Origin: Pseudomonas aeruginosa PAO1
GTDB taxonomy: Bacteria; Pseudomonadota; Gammaproteobacteria; Pseudomonadales; Pseudomonadaceae
Assembly (NCBI RefSeq): GCF_000006765.1
Contig: NC_002516.2
Length of the DNA stretch: 64,000 nt
Strand: one strand, 5' to 3'
Part shown: positions 37,263-49,316 of the stretch, piece by piece
Layout of the letters: each line of letters starts with the position of its first letter
Position numbering within the stretch: the stretch's first letter is position 1
Notes under the pieces: generated by a model
Told to the model about the DNA's origin: nothing
Database searches by the model: none
The model's input: the letters and a program-made list of their open reading frames with translations, nothing else
Made by a program: the position numbers and the translations under genes

Positions 37263-39128
37263 ATGCTGCAGAACATCAGGGATAATTCCCAGGGCTGGAT
37301 CGCCAAGACCATCATTGGCGTGATCATCGTTCTCCTGTCGCTGACCGGCTTCGACGCGATCATCCGGGCCACCGACCACTCCAACGTGGCCGCCAAGGTC
37401 AACGGCGACGATATCAGTCTCAATGAAGTCCAACAGGCCGTGGACATGCAGCGTCGCCAGCTGCTGCAACGCCTGGGCAAGGATTTCGATCCATCCATGC
37501 TGGATGACAAGCTGCTCAAGGAAGCGGCCCTGAAGGGGCTGATCGAGCGTACCCTGCTGCTCCAGGCCGCCAAGGACGACAAGTTCGCCTTCTCCGACCA
37601 GGCGCTGGACCAGTTGATCCTGCAAACTCCCGAGTTCCAGGTCGACGGCAAGTTCAACGCGGATCGCTTCGACCAGGTCATCCGCCAGATGAACTACAGC
37701 CGCATGCAGTTCCGCCAGATGCTCGGCCAGGAAATGCTCATCGGCCAGCTTCGCGCCGGCCTGGCGGGCACCGGTTTCGTCACCGACAACGAATTGCAGT
37801 CCTTCGCTCGCCTCGAGAAGCAGACCCGCGACTTCGCCACCCTGGCGATCAAGGCCGACGCCTCCAAGAGCAGCGTGAGCGACGACGAGGTGAAGGCCTT
37901 CTACGAAGGCCACAAGAGCGAGTTCATGACTCCCGAGCAGGTGGTCGTCGAATACGTGGAGCTGAAGAAGTCCTCCTTCTTCGACCAGGTCAAGGTGAAG
38001 CAGGAAGACCTCGAGGCGCTGTACCAGAAGGAAATCGCCAACCTTTCCGAGCAGCGCGATGCCGCCCACATCCTGATCGAGGTGAACGACAAGGTCGGCG
38101 ACGAGCAGGCCAAGGCGAAGATCGACGAGATCAAGGCTCGCCTGGCCAAGGGCGAGGATTTCGCCGCGCTGGCCAAGGAGTTCTCCCAGGATATCGGCTC
38201 GGCCGCCACCGGCGGCGACCTGGGCTACGCCGGTCGCGGCGTGTACGACCCCGCGTTCGAGGAGGCGCTGTATGCGCTGAAGCAAGGTGAGGTATCCGCC
38301 CCGGTGAAGACTCCGTACGGCTACCACCTGATCAAGCTGCTGGGCGTGCAGGCGCCGGAAGTACCGAGCCTGGAAAGCCTCAAGCCGAAGCTCGAGGACG
38401 AACTGAAGAAACAGATGGTCGAGCAGCGCTTCGTCGAGGCTACCAAGGACCTGGAAAGCTCCGCCTACGAAGCCGCCGACCTGAGCCAGCCGGCGCAGGA
38501 AATGGGCCTGAAGGTCCAGACCAGCCAGCCGTTCGGACGTTCGGGGGGCGACGGCATCGCTGCCAACCGCCAGATCGTGCAGACCGCGTTCAGCGCCGAG
38601 GTGCTGGAAGAAGCCGCCAACAGTGGCGCCATCGAGCTGGATCCGGACACCGTGGTGGTGCTGCGGGTCAAGGAACACAACAAGCCGAAGGAGCAACCGC
38701 TGGAGCAGGTCGCGGCGAACATCCGCGAGCGCCTGGCCGCCGAAAAGGCCGCCGAGGAGGCGCAGAAGCGTGGCGAGGCCCTGATCGCAGAGCTGCGTGA
38801 AGGCCGTACCTCTTCCGCAGCGGGTGAGTCGTGGAAAGTGGTCGAGGCGGCCTCCCGCGGCCACGAAGGCGTCGATCCGAAACTGCTCCAGGCGGTGTTC
38901 CGCATGCAGCGTCCGGAGGCCAAGGACAAGCCTTCGTTCTCTGGCGTGACCCTGGCCAATGGCGATTACGTGGTGATCCGCCTGAATGGCGTCAGCGAGC
39001 CGGAGGAGGCTATCTCCGACGACGAGAAGGCCATGTACCGCCGCTTCCTGGCTTCGCGCAGCGGACAGGCAGACTTCGCCGCCTTCCGCCGTCAGTTGCA
39101 GGACAAGGCGGAAGTCGAGAAATACTGA
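37263..39128 (+). CDS. ppiD: Periplasmic chaperone/PPIase PpiD
   Basis: N-terminal TM anchor, SurA-like N-domain, parvulin AAHILI...FAALAKEFSQD...GGDLG. Confidence 0.93.
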   Translation: MLQNIRDNSQGWIAKTIIGVIIVLLSLTGFDAIIRATDHSNVAAKVNGDDISLNEVQQAVDMQRRQLLQRLGKDFDPSMLDDKLLKEAALKGLIERTLLLQAAKDDKFAFSDQALDQLILQTPEFQVDGKFNADRFDQVIRQMNYSRMQFRQMLGQEMLIGQLRAGLAGTGFVTDNELQSFARLEKQTRDFATLAIKADASKSSVSDDEVKAFYEGHKSEFMTPEQVVVEYVELKKSSFFDQVKVKQEDLEALYQKEIANLSEQRDAAHILIEVNDKVGDEQAKAKIDEIKARLAKGEDFAALAKEFSQDIGSAATGGDLGYAGRGVYDPAFEEALYALKQGEVSAPVKTPYGYHLIKLLGVQAPEVPSLESLKPKLEDELKKQMVEQRFVEATKDLESSAYEAADLSQPAQEMGLKVQTSQPFGRSGGDGIAANRQIVQTAFSAEVLEEAANSGAIELDPDTVVVLRVKEHNKPKEQPLEQVAANIRERLAAEKAAEEAQKRGEALIAELREGRTSSAAGESWKVVEAASRGHEGVDPKLLQAVFRMQRPEAKDKPSFSGVTLANGDYVVIRLNGVSEPEEAISDDEKAMYRRFLASRSGQADFAAFRRQLQDKAEVEKY

Positions 39129-39141
39129 GACCGAGATGCAG

Positions 39142-39218
39142 AGAAAAGGCCGCTTACGCGGCCTTTTCTTTATTCCTCCCATGAAAAATGGCCGCTTGAA
39201 GCGGCCATTTTTCATGGG
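39142..39218. terminator. Two tandem hairpins between convergent ppiD and fabI
   Basis: AGAAAAGGCCGC-TTAC-GCGGCCTTTTCT (39142-39169) and CCCATGAAAAATGGCCGCT-TGA-AGCGGCCATTTTTCATGGG (39178-39218). Confidence 0.85.
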
Positions 39219-39226
39219 CGGGGTGA

Positions 39227-40024
39227 TCAGTCGTCGTCCAGCGGGCCCATGGCGGTAGTGTTGAAGCCGCCATCGACGTAGAGGATCTCGCCACTGATAC
39301 CGCTGGCCAGGTCCGAACAGAGGAAGGCGCCGGCATTGCCGACTTCCTCGATGGTGACGTTGCGCCGCAGCGGCGTCTGCCGCTCGTTGGCGGCCAGCAT
39401 TTTGCGGAAACTCTTGATCCCGGAGGCGGCGAGCGTTCGGATCGGCCCGGCGGAAACCGCATTGACCCGGGTGCCTTCCGCGCCCAGGCTGCCGGCCAGG
39501 TAGCGGACCCCGGCCTCCAGGCTGGCCTTGGCCATGCCCATTACGTTGTAGTTCGGCATGGTCCGTTCGGCGCCCAGGTAGGAGAGGGTCAGCAGGCTGC
39601 CGTTGCGGCCCTTCATCATTTCCCGTCCGGCCTTGGCCAGGGCGATGAAGCTGTAGGCGCTGATGTCGTGGGCGATGCGGAAGCCCTCGCGGGTGGTCAC
39701 CGCGGTGAAGTCGCCGTCGAGCTGATCGCCTGGAGCGAATCCGACGGAGTGGACGATGATGTCCAGGCCGTCCCAGTGCTTGCCCAGGGCGGCGAACACC
39801 GCTTCGATCTGGCTGTCGTCGGCCACGTCACAGGGGAAGCACAGCTCCGGCCGCGAGCCCCAGCCACTGGCGAACTCCTCCACCCGGCCCCTGAGCTTGT
39901 CGTTCTGGTAGGTGAAGGCCAGTTCGGCGCCTTCCCGGTGCATGGCGGCGGCGATGCCGGAAGCGATGGAGAGCTTGCTGGCGACTCCGACGATCAGGGC
40001 GCGTTTTCCTGTGAGAAATCCCAT
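39227..40024 (-). CDS. fabI: Enoyl-ACP reductase FabI
   Basis: [33 protein letters not shown] and AGPIRTLAA. Confidence 0.97.
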
Positions 40025-40045
40025 GGTCCGTTCCTTGTCTGCTAC

Positions 40046-41656
<1,611 letters not shown>

Positions 41657-41657
41657 C

Positions 41658-42677
41658 TCATTTCCTCGGGTCGAAAGCGTCGCGGGCGGCTTCGCCGATG
41701 AACACCAGCAGGCTCAGCATGACCGCCAGCACCACGAAGGCGGAAATGCCCAGCCAGGGTGCCTGGAGGTTGGACTTGCCCTGGGCGACCAACTCGCCCA
41801 GCGACGGCGCGCCGGGCGGCAGGCCGAAGCCGAGGAAGTCCAGGGAGGTGAGGGTGCCGATGGCGCCGGTGAGGATGAACGGCATGAAGGTCAGGGTCGA
41901 GATCATCGCGTTCGGCAGGATGTGACGGAACATGATGGCGCTGTTGCGCATGCCGAGGGCCCGGGCGGCGCGGACGTATTCCAGGTTGCGCCCGCGGAGG
42001 AACTCGGCGCGGACCACGTCCACCAGGCTCATCCAGGAAAACAGCAGCATGATGCCCAGCAGCCACCAGAAGTTCGGCTGGACGAAGCTGGCCAGGATGA
42101 TCAGCAGGTAGAGCACCGGCAGCCCCGACCAGACTTCCAGGAAACGCTGGCCGAGCAGGTCGACCCAGCCGCCGTAGTAGCCTTGCAGGGCGCCGACGGT
42201 GACGCCGATCAGAGAACTGAGCACGGTCAGGGTCAGGGCGAAGAGGATCGACACGCGGAAGCCGTAGATCACCCGGGCGAGCACGTCGCGGGCCTGGTCG
42301 TCGGTGCCCAGCCAGTTTTCCGCCGACGGCGGGGCGGGGGCGGGAACCTTCAGCTCGTAGTTGATGGTGTCGTAGCTGTAGGGGATCGGCGGCCAAAGCA
42401 CCCAGCCGTCCTTCTCGGCGATCAGTTGGCTGATGTAGGGGCTCTTGTAGTTGGCTTCCAGGGGGAATTCGCCGCCGAAGGTGGTTTCCGGGTAGCGTTT
42501 GAAGACCGGGAAATACCAGCCGCCGTCGTAATGCACGACCAGCGGTTTGTCGTTGGCGATCAGTTCGGCGCCGAGGCTGCCGACGAACAGGATGAGGAAC
42601 AGCCAGAGCGACCACCAGCCACGCTTGTTGCTCTTGAAGCGGGCCCAGCGGCGCTGGTTGATGGGAGACAGGCGCAT
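41658..42677 (-). CDS. nppC: Peptide ABC transporter permease (YejE/NppC)
   Basis: LGTDDQARDVLARVIYG and EYVRAARALG EAA motif. Confidence 0.88.
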   Translation of the reverse strand: MRLSPINQRRWARFKSNKRGWWSLWLFLILFVGSLGAELIANDKPLVVHYDGGWYFPVFKRYPETTFGGEFPLEANYKSPYISQLIAEKDGWVLWPPIPYSYDTINYELKVPAPAPPSAENWLGTDDQARDVLARVIYGFRVSILFALTLTVLSSLIGVTVGALQGYYGGWVDLLGQRFLEVWSGLPVLYLLIILASFVQPNFWWLLGIMLLFSWMSLVDVVRAEFLRGRNLEYVRAARALGMRNSAIMFRHILPNAMISTLTFMPFILTGAIGTLTSLDFLGFGLPPGAPSLGELVAQGKSNLQAPWLGISAFVVLAVMLSLLVFIGEAARDAFDPRK

Positions 42678-42681
42678 CGGA

Positions 42682-43764
42682 TTACTCCCGGTTCTCGAAG
42701 TCGATGCGCGGATCGACCAGGGTGTAGACGATATCGCTGATCAGCTTCATGACCAGCCCGAACAGGGTGAAGATGAACAGCGTGCCGAAGACCACCGGGT
42801 AGTCGCGGTTCATCGCCGCTTCGAAGCTGAGCAGGCCGAGGCCGTCGAGGGAGAAGATCACCTCGATCAACAGCGAACCGGTGAAGAAGATCCCCAGCAG
42901 CGCAGCCGGCAGGCCGGCAATCACCAGCAGCATGGCGTTGCGGAATACGTGCCCGTAGAGCACGCGGCGTTCGGTCAGGCCCTTGGCGCGGGCGGTGACC
43001 ACGTATTGCTTGCCGATCTCGTCGAGGAAGCTGTTCTTGGTCAGCAGCGTGATGGTGGCGAAGTTGCCGATCACCAGGGCGGTTACCGGCAAGGCCAGGT
43101 GCCAGAAATAGTCGAGCACCTTGCCGCCGAGGCTGAGCTGGTCGAAGTTGTTCGAGGTCAGGCCGCGCAGGGGGAACCAGTCCCAGTAGCTGCCGCCGGC
43201 GAACAGCACCACCAGCAGGATGGCGAAGAGGAAGGCGGGAATGGCGTAGCCGACGATGATCGCCGAGCTGGTCCAGATGTCGAAGACGCTACCATGGCGG
43301 ACCGCCTTGGCGATCCCCAGCGGGATCGACACCAGGTACATGATCAGCGTGCTCCAGAGCCCGAGCGAGATCGACACCGGCAATTTCTCGATGATCAGGT
43401 CGGTGACCTTGGCGTCGCGGAAGAAGCTCTGCCCGAAGTCCAGGTGCAGGTAGTTCTTCAGCATGATCATGAAGCGCTCGGGGGCCGACTTGTCGAAGCC
43501 GTACATGCGCTCGATCTCTTTCACCAGCTCCGGGTCCAGGCCTTGCGCGCCGCGGTATTGCGAGCCGGCCACGGCGACTTCGCCGCCGCCGCCGGAGATG
43601 CGCCCGGTGGCGCCGCCGGAAGCGGCGTCGAAGCCTTCCAGCTTGGCGATCATCTGCTCCACCGGACCGCCGGGAGCGGCCTGGATGATGATGAAGTTGA
43701 TCAGCAGGATGCCGAACAGGGTAGGGACGATCAGCAGCAGGCGCCGCAGGATATAGGAGAGCAT
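42682..43764 (-). CDS. nppB: Peptide ABC transporter permease (YejB/NppB)
   Basis: [18 protein letters not shown] and RDYPVV. Confidence 0.88.
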   Translation of the reverse strand: MLSYILRRLLLIVPTLFGILLINFIIIQAAPGGPVEQMIAKLEGFDAASGGATGRISGGGGEVAVAGSQYRGAQGLDPELVKEIERMYGFDKSAPERFMIMLKNYLHLDFGQSFFRDAKVTDLIIEKLPVSISLGLWSTLIMYLVSIPLGIAKAVRHGSVFDIWTSSAIIVGYAIPAFLFAILLVVLFAGGSYWDWFPLRGLTSNNFDQLSLGGKVLDYFWHLALPVTALVIGNFATITLLTKNSFLDEIGKQYVVTARAKGLTERRVLYGHVFRNAMLLVIAGLPAALLGIFFTGSLLIEVIFSLDGLGLLSFEAAMNRDYPVVFGTLFIFTLFGLVMKLISDIVYTLVDPRIDFENRE

Positions 43765-43770
43765 GCGGCG

Positions 43771-45618
43771 TTACTCCCGTTCCGGCTCGGCGTCTTGCGT
43801 GGCTTCGGCTTGCGCCTTGCTCGGCAGCGCCTTGTCGCTGGTCTGCCACCAGGTCATCAGGCCCCAGTCGTAGAGTGGCGTCACCTTCGGCCGGCCGAAA
43901 CGGTTCCAGTAGGCGACCCGCCAGGTATCGACGTAGTAGTTGGGAACCACGTAGTAGCCCCACGACAGTACGCGGTCGAGGGCGCGGGTATGGTCGATCA
44001 GGCTTTGCCGCGAGTCGGACTGGATCAGGCTTTCCACCAGGCTGTCGATGGCCGGGTCCTTGAGGCCGATGAAGTTGCGGCTGCCGGCCTTGTCGGCGCT
44101 GCTGGAATGCCAGAACTCTCGCTGTTCGTTGCCTGGCGAGTTGGATTGCGGCCAGGTCGCCGAGGTCATGTCGAAATCCCGCGAGCGCAGGCGGTTGACG
44201 AACTGCGAGACGTCGACGCGACGGATCTGCATGTCGATGCCAAGTTCGGCCAGGTTGCGCTTGAACGGCAGGATGACCCGTTCCATGTTGGCCTGGAACA
44301 GCATGAACTCGAAGCTCAGTGGCTGGCCGTCGGGACCTACCATGCGGTTGTTCTCGATCCTGTAGCCGGCCTCGGTGAGCAACTGGTAGGCCTTGCGCCG
44401 CTGCTCGCGGATCACCCCGCTGCCGTCATTGACCGGATTCTGGAAGACCTGGTCGAAGGCCTCGTCGGGAATCTTGCCGCGCAGCGGTTCGAGGATCTTC
44501 AGCTCGGCTTCGCTGGGCAACTGGTGGGCGGCCATCTCCGAGTTCTCGAAATAGCTGTTGGTGCGCTTGTAGGAGCTGAAGAACAGCTGCTTGTTCGACC
44601 ATTCGAAGTCGAACAGCAGGCTGATCGCCTGGCGTACCCGGCGGTCCTGGAACACCGGGCGGCGGATATTGAAGGCGAAGCCCTGCATCCCCACCGGGTT
44701 GTGGTTGTGGATGCTGGCCTTGATGAAGCGCCCGTCGCGCAATGCCGGCGACTCGTAGCCGGTGGCCCAGTCCTTCGCCGAATATTCGAGGTTGACGTCG
44801 TACTGGCCGGCCTTGAAGGCTTCCAGGGCGACCGACATGTCGCGATAGGAGTCGATGGTGATGGTGTCGAAGTTATAGAGTCCGCGGGAGACCGGAAGGT
44901 CCTTGGCCCACCAGTCCTTGACTCGCTCGTAGCTGATGGAGCGTCCCGGATCGACCTTGGCGATGCGGTAGGGACCGCTGCCTACCGGGATTTCCATGCC
45001 GGTCTTGGAAAAGTCGCGGTCGGCCCACCAGTGTTTCGGCAGGATCGCGATCTGCCCGAGGATCAGCGGCAGTTCGCGGTTGCCGGCGTGCTTGAAGTCG
45101 AAGCGCACGCGAAGCTTGTCCTCGGCGACCACCTTGTCGACGTCCGCATAGTAGTTGCGGTACATCGGGTCGCCCTTGCTCACCAGCGTCTCGAAGGTGA
45201 ACACCACGTCTTCGGCGGTGACCGGCGTGCCATCGCTGAAACGGGCCTGGGGGCGCAGGTAGAAGCGCACGTAGCTGTTGTCCGGTGCCTTCTCGATCTT
45301 CTCCGCGAGCAGGCCGTATTCGGTGAACGGCTCGTCCTGCGACTGGAAGGCCAGGGTGTCGTAGATCAGGCCCAGCGAAGGGGCCGAGACGCCCTTGCCG
45401 ATGAACGGGTTGAGGCTGTCGAAGCCGCCGAAGTCGGCCTGGCGGAGGATGCCGCCTTTTGGCGCATCCGGATTCACGTAGTCGAAATGCTTGAAATCGG
45501 CGGGATACTTCGGAGGCTCATCGTAGAGCGTCAGTGCATGTTTCGGGGCGGCGAGGAGCGGGCCGCAGCAGCCGAGCAGCAGGGCTGCCAGCAGAGGGGT
45601 GAAGCGGGGACGGATCAT
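43771..45618 (-). CDS. nppA2: Peptide ABC transporter substrate-binding protein (YejA-like, NppA2)
   Basis: Signal peptide; HALTLYDEPPKYPADFKHFDYVNPDAPKGG; ARFSDGTPVTAEDVVF. Confidence 0.85.
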   Translation of the reverse strand: MIRPRFTPLLAALLLGCCGPLLAAPKHALTLYDEPPKYPADFKHFDYVNPDAPKGGILRQADFGGFDSLNPFIGKGVSAPSLGLIYDTLAFQSQDEPFTEYGLLAEKIEKAPDNSYVRFYLRPQARFSDGTPVTAEDVVFTFETLVSKGDPMYRNYYADVDKVVAEDKLRVRFDFKHAGNRELPLILGQIAILPKHWWADRDFSKTGMEIPVGSGPYRIAKVDPGRSISYERVKDWWAKDLPVSRGLYNFDTITIDSYRDMSVALEAFKAGQYDVNLEYSAKDWATGYESPALRDGRFIKASIHNHNPVGMQGFAFNIRRPVFQDRRVRQAISLLFDFEWSNKQLFFSSYKRTNSYFENSEMAAHQLPSEAELKILEPLRGKIPDEAFDQVFQNPVNDGSGVIREQRRKAYQLLTEAGYRIENNRMVGPDGQPLSFEFMLFQANMERVILPFKRNLAELGIDMQIRRVDVSQFVNRLRSRDFDMTSATWPQSNSPGNEQREFWHSSSADKAGSRNFIGLKDPAIDSLVESLIQSDSRQSLIDHTRALDRVLSWGYYVVPNYYVDTWRVAYWNRFGRPKVTPLYDWGLMTWWQTSDKALPSKAQAEATQDAEPERE

Positions 45619-47444
45619 CGGGACGTCTCCAGGTTTTTCTGCCACCACGCGCGCAGGCCCAGGGTGTAGGGCGGGGTGGCGACGAAGGCGAAGCGGTTGC
45701 GGTACGCCAGACGGTGCGAATTGAGGTACCAGTTGGGAATGCTGTAGTACTGCCAGAGCAAGGTCCGGTCCAGGGCGCGCGCGGCGGCGACCTGTTCGTC
45801 GCGGCTGTGGGCGCCGAGCAGGCGGTTGAGCATGGCGTCGACCACCGGGTTGGCGATGCCCGCGTAATTCTTGCTGCCCTTGACCTTCACCTGGCTGGAG
45901 TGGAAGTACTGCCACTGTTCCAGGCCGGGACTGAGGGTCTGCGGCAGGGTCATGAGGATCATGTCGTAGTCGAACTGGTCCAGGCGCTGCTTGTATTGGG
46001 CGCGGTCGACGGTGCGCAGGCGCGCGTCGATGCCGATGCTGGCGAGGTTTTCGCGATAGGGCTGGAGAATACGCTCCAGGCTCGGATTGACCAGCAGGAT
46101 TTCGAAGCGCAGCGGTTCGCCCTTTTTATTCAGCAGTCGGTCGCCGGACAGCTTCCAGCCGGCATCGGCCAGTAGACCGAGTGCATGCCTGAGGGTTTCA
46201 CGGGGAATGCCGCGCCCCTCGGTGGTCGGCAGGCTGAACGGCTGTTTGAACAACTGCGCCGGCAATTGCTTGCGGTACGGCGACAGGTACAGCCATTCCT
46301 GGCCCTCCGGGACGCCGCTGGCGGCGAATTCGCTGTTCGGGTAGTAGCTGCGCGAGCGCAGGTAGGAATTGCTGAAGAGGGCGCGATTGGTCCATTCGAA
46401 GTCGAACATCTCGCCCAGCGCCTGGCGTAGCGCGCGCTCCTTGAACACGGCGCGACGGGTGTTCATGAACAACGCCTGGGTCTGGCTGGGGATCTGGTGC
46501 GGGATTTCCGTGCGGATCACATCGCCGCGCAGAACCGCGGGGAAGCGATAGTTGTTCAGCCAGTTCTTCGCCTGGTGCTCGATGTAGAAGTCGAACTCGC
46601 CGGCCTTGAAGGCTTCGAAGGCGACGCCGTTGTCCCGGTAGAAGTCCACCACGACCCGGTCGAAATTGTATTTGCCGCGGTTCACCGGCAGTTTTTCGCC
46701 CCACCAGCCCTTCACGCGTTCGAACACCAGGCGGCGCCCGGGATCGACCTCGACGATGCGATAGGGACCGCTGCCCAGCGGCGCGGTGAAGGTGGTGGCG
46801 CGGAAGTCGCGATCCTTCCAGTAATGCTGCGGCAGCACCGGAAGCTCGCCCAGGCGCAGGATCAGCAGCGGGTTGCCGGAGCGCCGCAGGACGAAACGCA
46901 CCCGGTGGGGGGTGAGGATATCGACCCGCTTCACCTCCTGCAGGTAGGTGCGGTACATCGGGTGCCCCTGCTTGACCAGGGTGCGATAGGAAAAGGCCAC
47001 GTCGCTGGCGGTGATCGGCCTGCCGTCGTGGAAGCGCGCTTCCGGCCGCAGGTTGAATACCACCCAGCTGCGGTTTTCCGCGTATTCCACGCTCTTCGCG
47101 ATCAGGCCATAGCTGGAGGCTGGTTCGTCGCCGGACGGGTCGTACAGGCCGGTGCCCACCATCAATGGTTCGTTCAGCTCGTTGACTCCGTACTGGAGGA
47201 AATCGCCGGTGCCGATCGGGCTGGTGCCTTTCAGGGTGTAGGGGTTGAGCGTGTCGAAGCTGCCCGAGGCCATCAGGCGCAAGGTGCCGCCTTTGGGGGC
47301 GTCGGGATTGGTCCAGTCGAAGTGCTGGAAATTGGCCGGATACTTGAGCGTGCCGAATTGGGCATAACCATGGCTCTGGGTAATCGCGGCGAAGCTGGGC
47401 AGGCTCACGGCCAGGCCGAGGATCAGGAAGGAGAGGCGACGCAT
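45615..47444 (-). CDS. nppA1: Peptide ABC transporter substrate-binding protein (YejA-like, NppA1)
   Basis: Signal peptide; KYPANFQHFDWTNPDAPKGG; its stop overlaps the next start by 4 nt. Confidence 0.85.
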   Translation of the reverse strand: MRRLSFLILGLAVSLPSFAAITQSHGYAQFGTLKYPANFQHFDWTNPDAPKGGTLRLMASGSFDTLNPYTLKGTSPIGTGDFLQYGVNELNEPLMVGTGLYDPSGDEPASSYGLIAKSVEYAENRSWVVFNLRPEARFHDGRPITASDVAFSYRTLVKQGHPMYRTYLQEVKRVDILTPHRVRFVLRRSGNPLLILRLGELPVLPQHYWKDRDFRATTFTAPLGSGPYRIVEVDPGRRLVFERVKGWWGEKLPVNRGKYNFDRVVVDFYRDNGVAFEAFKAGEFDFYIEHQAKNWLNNYRFPAVLRGDVIRTEIPHQIPSQTQALFMNTRRAVFKERALRQALGEMFDFEWTNRALFSNSYLRSRSYYPNSEFAASGVPEGQEWLYLSPYRKQLPAQLFKQPFSLPTTEGRGIPRETLRHALGLLADAGWKLSGDRLLNKKGEPLRFEILLVNPSLERILQPYRENLASIGIDARLRTVDRAQYKQRLDQFDYDMILMTLPQTLSPGLEQWQYFHSSQVKVKGSKNYAGIANPVVDAMLNRLLGAHSRDEQVAAARALDRTLLWQYYSIPNWYLNSHRLAYRNRFAFVATPPYTLGLRAWWQKNLETSR

Positions 47445-47577
47445 CAGGCGTGTGTCCGGGTCCTTGGCTATTTTTGACAACGAATCGTCAGGCAACAGTA
47501 ACACCTTGCCCGCACAGGAAAAAAGAGGGAGCGCGGGCCTGTCCGGCCTAGGGTCCGGGGTTCTGGCCGCGCTTGCG

Positions 47578-47612
47578 AAAACGCCACGCCGGCAGGAGCG
47601 GGCGTGGCGTTT
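47578..47612 (-). terminator. Hairpin after mltD
   Basis: AAACGCCACGCC...GGCGTGGCGTTT inverted repeat followed by T residues on the minus strand. Confidence 0.6.
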
Positions 47613-47634
47613 CGGGACGGCCTGCAATGGGCTG

Positions 47635-49239
47635 TCAGCGGCTCGCGGTGTCCAGGTACAGGGTCAGGGTCTGGCCGGGCTTGAGCGCCTGCTTGCTGCG
47701 CGGGTTCCAGCGCTGCAGGTGCTTCATTTCGACATTGAAGCGCTTGGCGATCAGGTACATCGAGTCGCCTTGCTTGACCTTGTAGTAGGTGGCGCTGTCG
47801 CGCTTGCCGGCGGCGTTTCCCTTGCGGGCCGCCAGGGCCTGGGTGCCGCCTTGCAGCTTGAGGGTCTGGCCGACCTTCAGGGCGTGCTTGTCCAGGCCGT
47901 TCCAGCGCTTCAGGTCGTTGACGTCGACGCCGTTGTTGCGGGCGATCTGCCACAGGCTGTCGCCGTTCTTGACCTTATAGGAGCGGGTCCTGGCCGGGGT
48001 GGAAGCCTGTCGGGCGAGTTGCTGGTAGACCGGCTTGACGGCGCCGCCGGCGATCTGCCCGGGGATGCTCAGTTGCTGGCCCTTGCGCAGGTGGTTGCTG
48101 GACAGGCGGTTGGCGCTCTTGAGCTCCGCTACGGTGATCCGATAGCGGTTGGCGATGCTGTGCAGGCTGTCGCCGCTACGCACCCGGTATTGCTGCCAGG
48201 CGGTGACTTCCTTCGGCTTGAGGGTGTCCAGCGAGGCGGTCAGGAACGCCGCTTTCTCCATCGGCACCAACAGTTGCTGGGGGCCGTCCATGGTCACGCG
48301 GCGCTTGTAGGCCGGGTTAAGCTGGTACAGCTCGTCCTCGTCCAGGTTCGCCAGCGCGGCGACGCTGGACAGGTCGATCCCGCGCTTGACCCGGACGGCC
48401 TGGAAGTAGGGCTCGTTGTTGATCGGGTTCAGGCTGATGCCGTAGGAATCCGGCGCCATGACGATCTGTGAGAGGGCGAGCAGCTTGGGTACGTAGTCCT
48501 GGGTTTCCTGCGGCAGCGGCAGGTTCCAGTAGTCGGTCGGCAGGCCCAGTTTCTCGTTGCGTTCGATGGCGCGGCTGACAGTGCCTTCGCCGGCGTTGTA
48601 GGCCGCCAGGGCGAGCATCCAGTCGCCGTTGAACATGTCGTGCAGGCGCTCGAGATAGGTCAGGGCGGCATTGGTCGAGGCGGTGATGTCGCGGCGACCG
48701 TCGTAGAAATTGGTCTGGCGCAGGTTGAAATGCTGGCCGGTGGCGGGAATGAACTGCCAGAGGCCGGCGGCGTTGCTGCGCGACAGGGCGAAGGGGTTGT
48801 AGGCGCTTTCGATGACCGGCAGCAGCGCCAGTTCGAGCGGCATGTTGCGTTCTTCCAGGCGCTCGACCACGTAGTGCATGTAGAGGCTGCCGCGCGCGCT
48901 CGATTGTTCGAGGAACGACTGGTTGCTGAGGAACCAGAGGCGCTGGCGTTCGATGCGCGGGTTGGTGCTGATCGCATCCTGGAGCTGGAAACCGTCGCGC
49001 ATGCGGTCCCAGATGTCGTTGTAGGCGGCGTTCTGGCCGGGCTGGGTATGCAGCCAGGAGGGGTTGAACTGGACGTCGACGGCTCGGGCGCCGGGACGTG
49101 CTGCTTTGGCCTGGGCCTCCCCCTTGATCTGGCCGCTGCCCTGGCAGCCGGCGAGCGCACCGGCGATGAGCAGGATGGACACCCGAACGGCGCGAGCCAG
49201 GGCGTCTAGATCGGGGGTTTTACGTGTCTGTGGCGGCAT
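47635..49239 (-). CDS. mltD: Membrane-bound lytic murein transglycosylase D (SLT plus 3 LysM; lipoprotein)
   Basis: Lipobox LAGC, PVIESAYNP, AAGLWQFIP, LAAYNAG and three LysM repeats. Confidence 0.93.
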   Translation of the reverse strand: MPPQTRKTPDLDALARAVRVSILLIAGALAGCQGSGQIKGEAQAKAARPGARAVDVQFNPSWLHTQPGQNAAYNDIWDRMRDGFQLQDAISTNPRIERQRLWFLSNQSFLEQSSARGSLYMHYVVERLEERNMPLELALLPVIESAYNPFALSRSNAAGLWQFIPATGQHFNLRQTNFYDGRRDITASTNAALTYLERLHDMFNGDWMLALAAYNAGEGTVSRAIERNEKLGLPTDYWNLPLPQETQDYVPKLLALSQIVMAPDSYGISLNPINNEPYFQAVRVKRGIDLSSVAALANLDEDELYQLNPAYKRRVTMDGPQQLLVPMEKAAFLTASLDTLKPKEVTAWQQYRVRSGDSLHSIANRYRITVAELKSANRLSSNHLRKGQQLSIPGQIAGGAVKPVYQQLARQASTPARTRSYKVKNGDSLWQIARNNGVDVNDLKRWNGLDKHALKVGQTLKLQGGTQALAARKGNAAGKRDSATYYKVKQGDSMYLIAKRFNVEMKHLQRWNPRSKQALKPGQTLTLYLDTASR

Positions 49240-49316
49240 CGGCTGAGTGCTGTTCCGGGCAAAAATTCAGCCGATTCTAGAAATGACCTCAAGAGTGGTC
49301 AAGATTTCGCCAACCT

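Noticed and set aside
47635-48200. Repeated sequence blocks in mltD
   Set aside because: These are LysM coding repeats, not a DNA repeat array or CRISPR.
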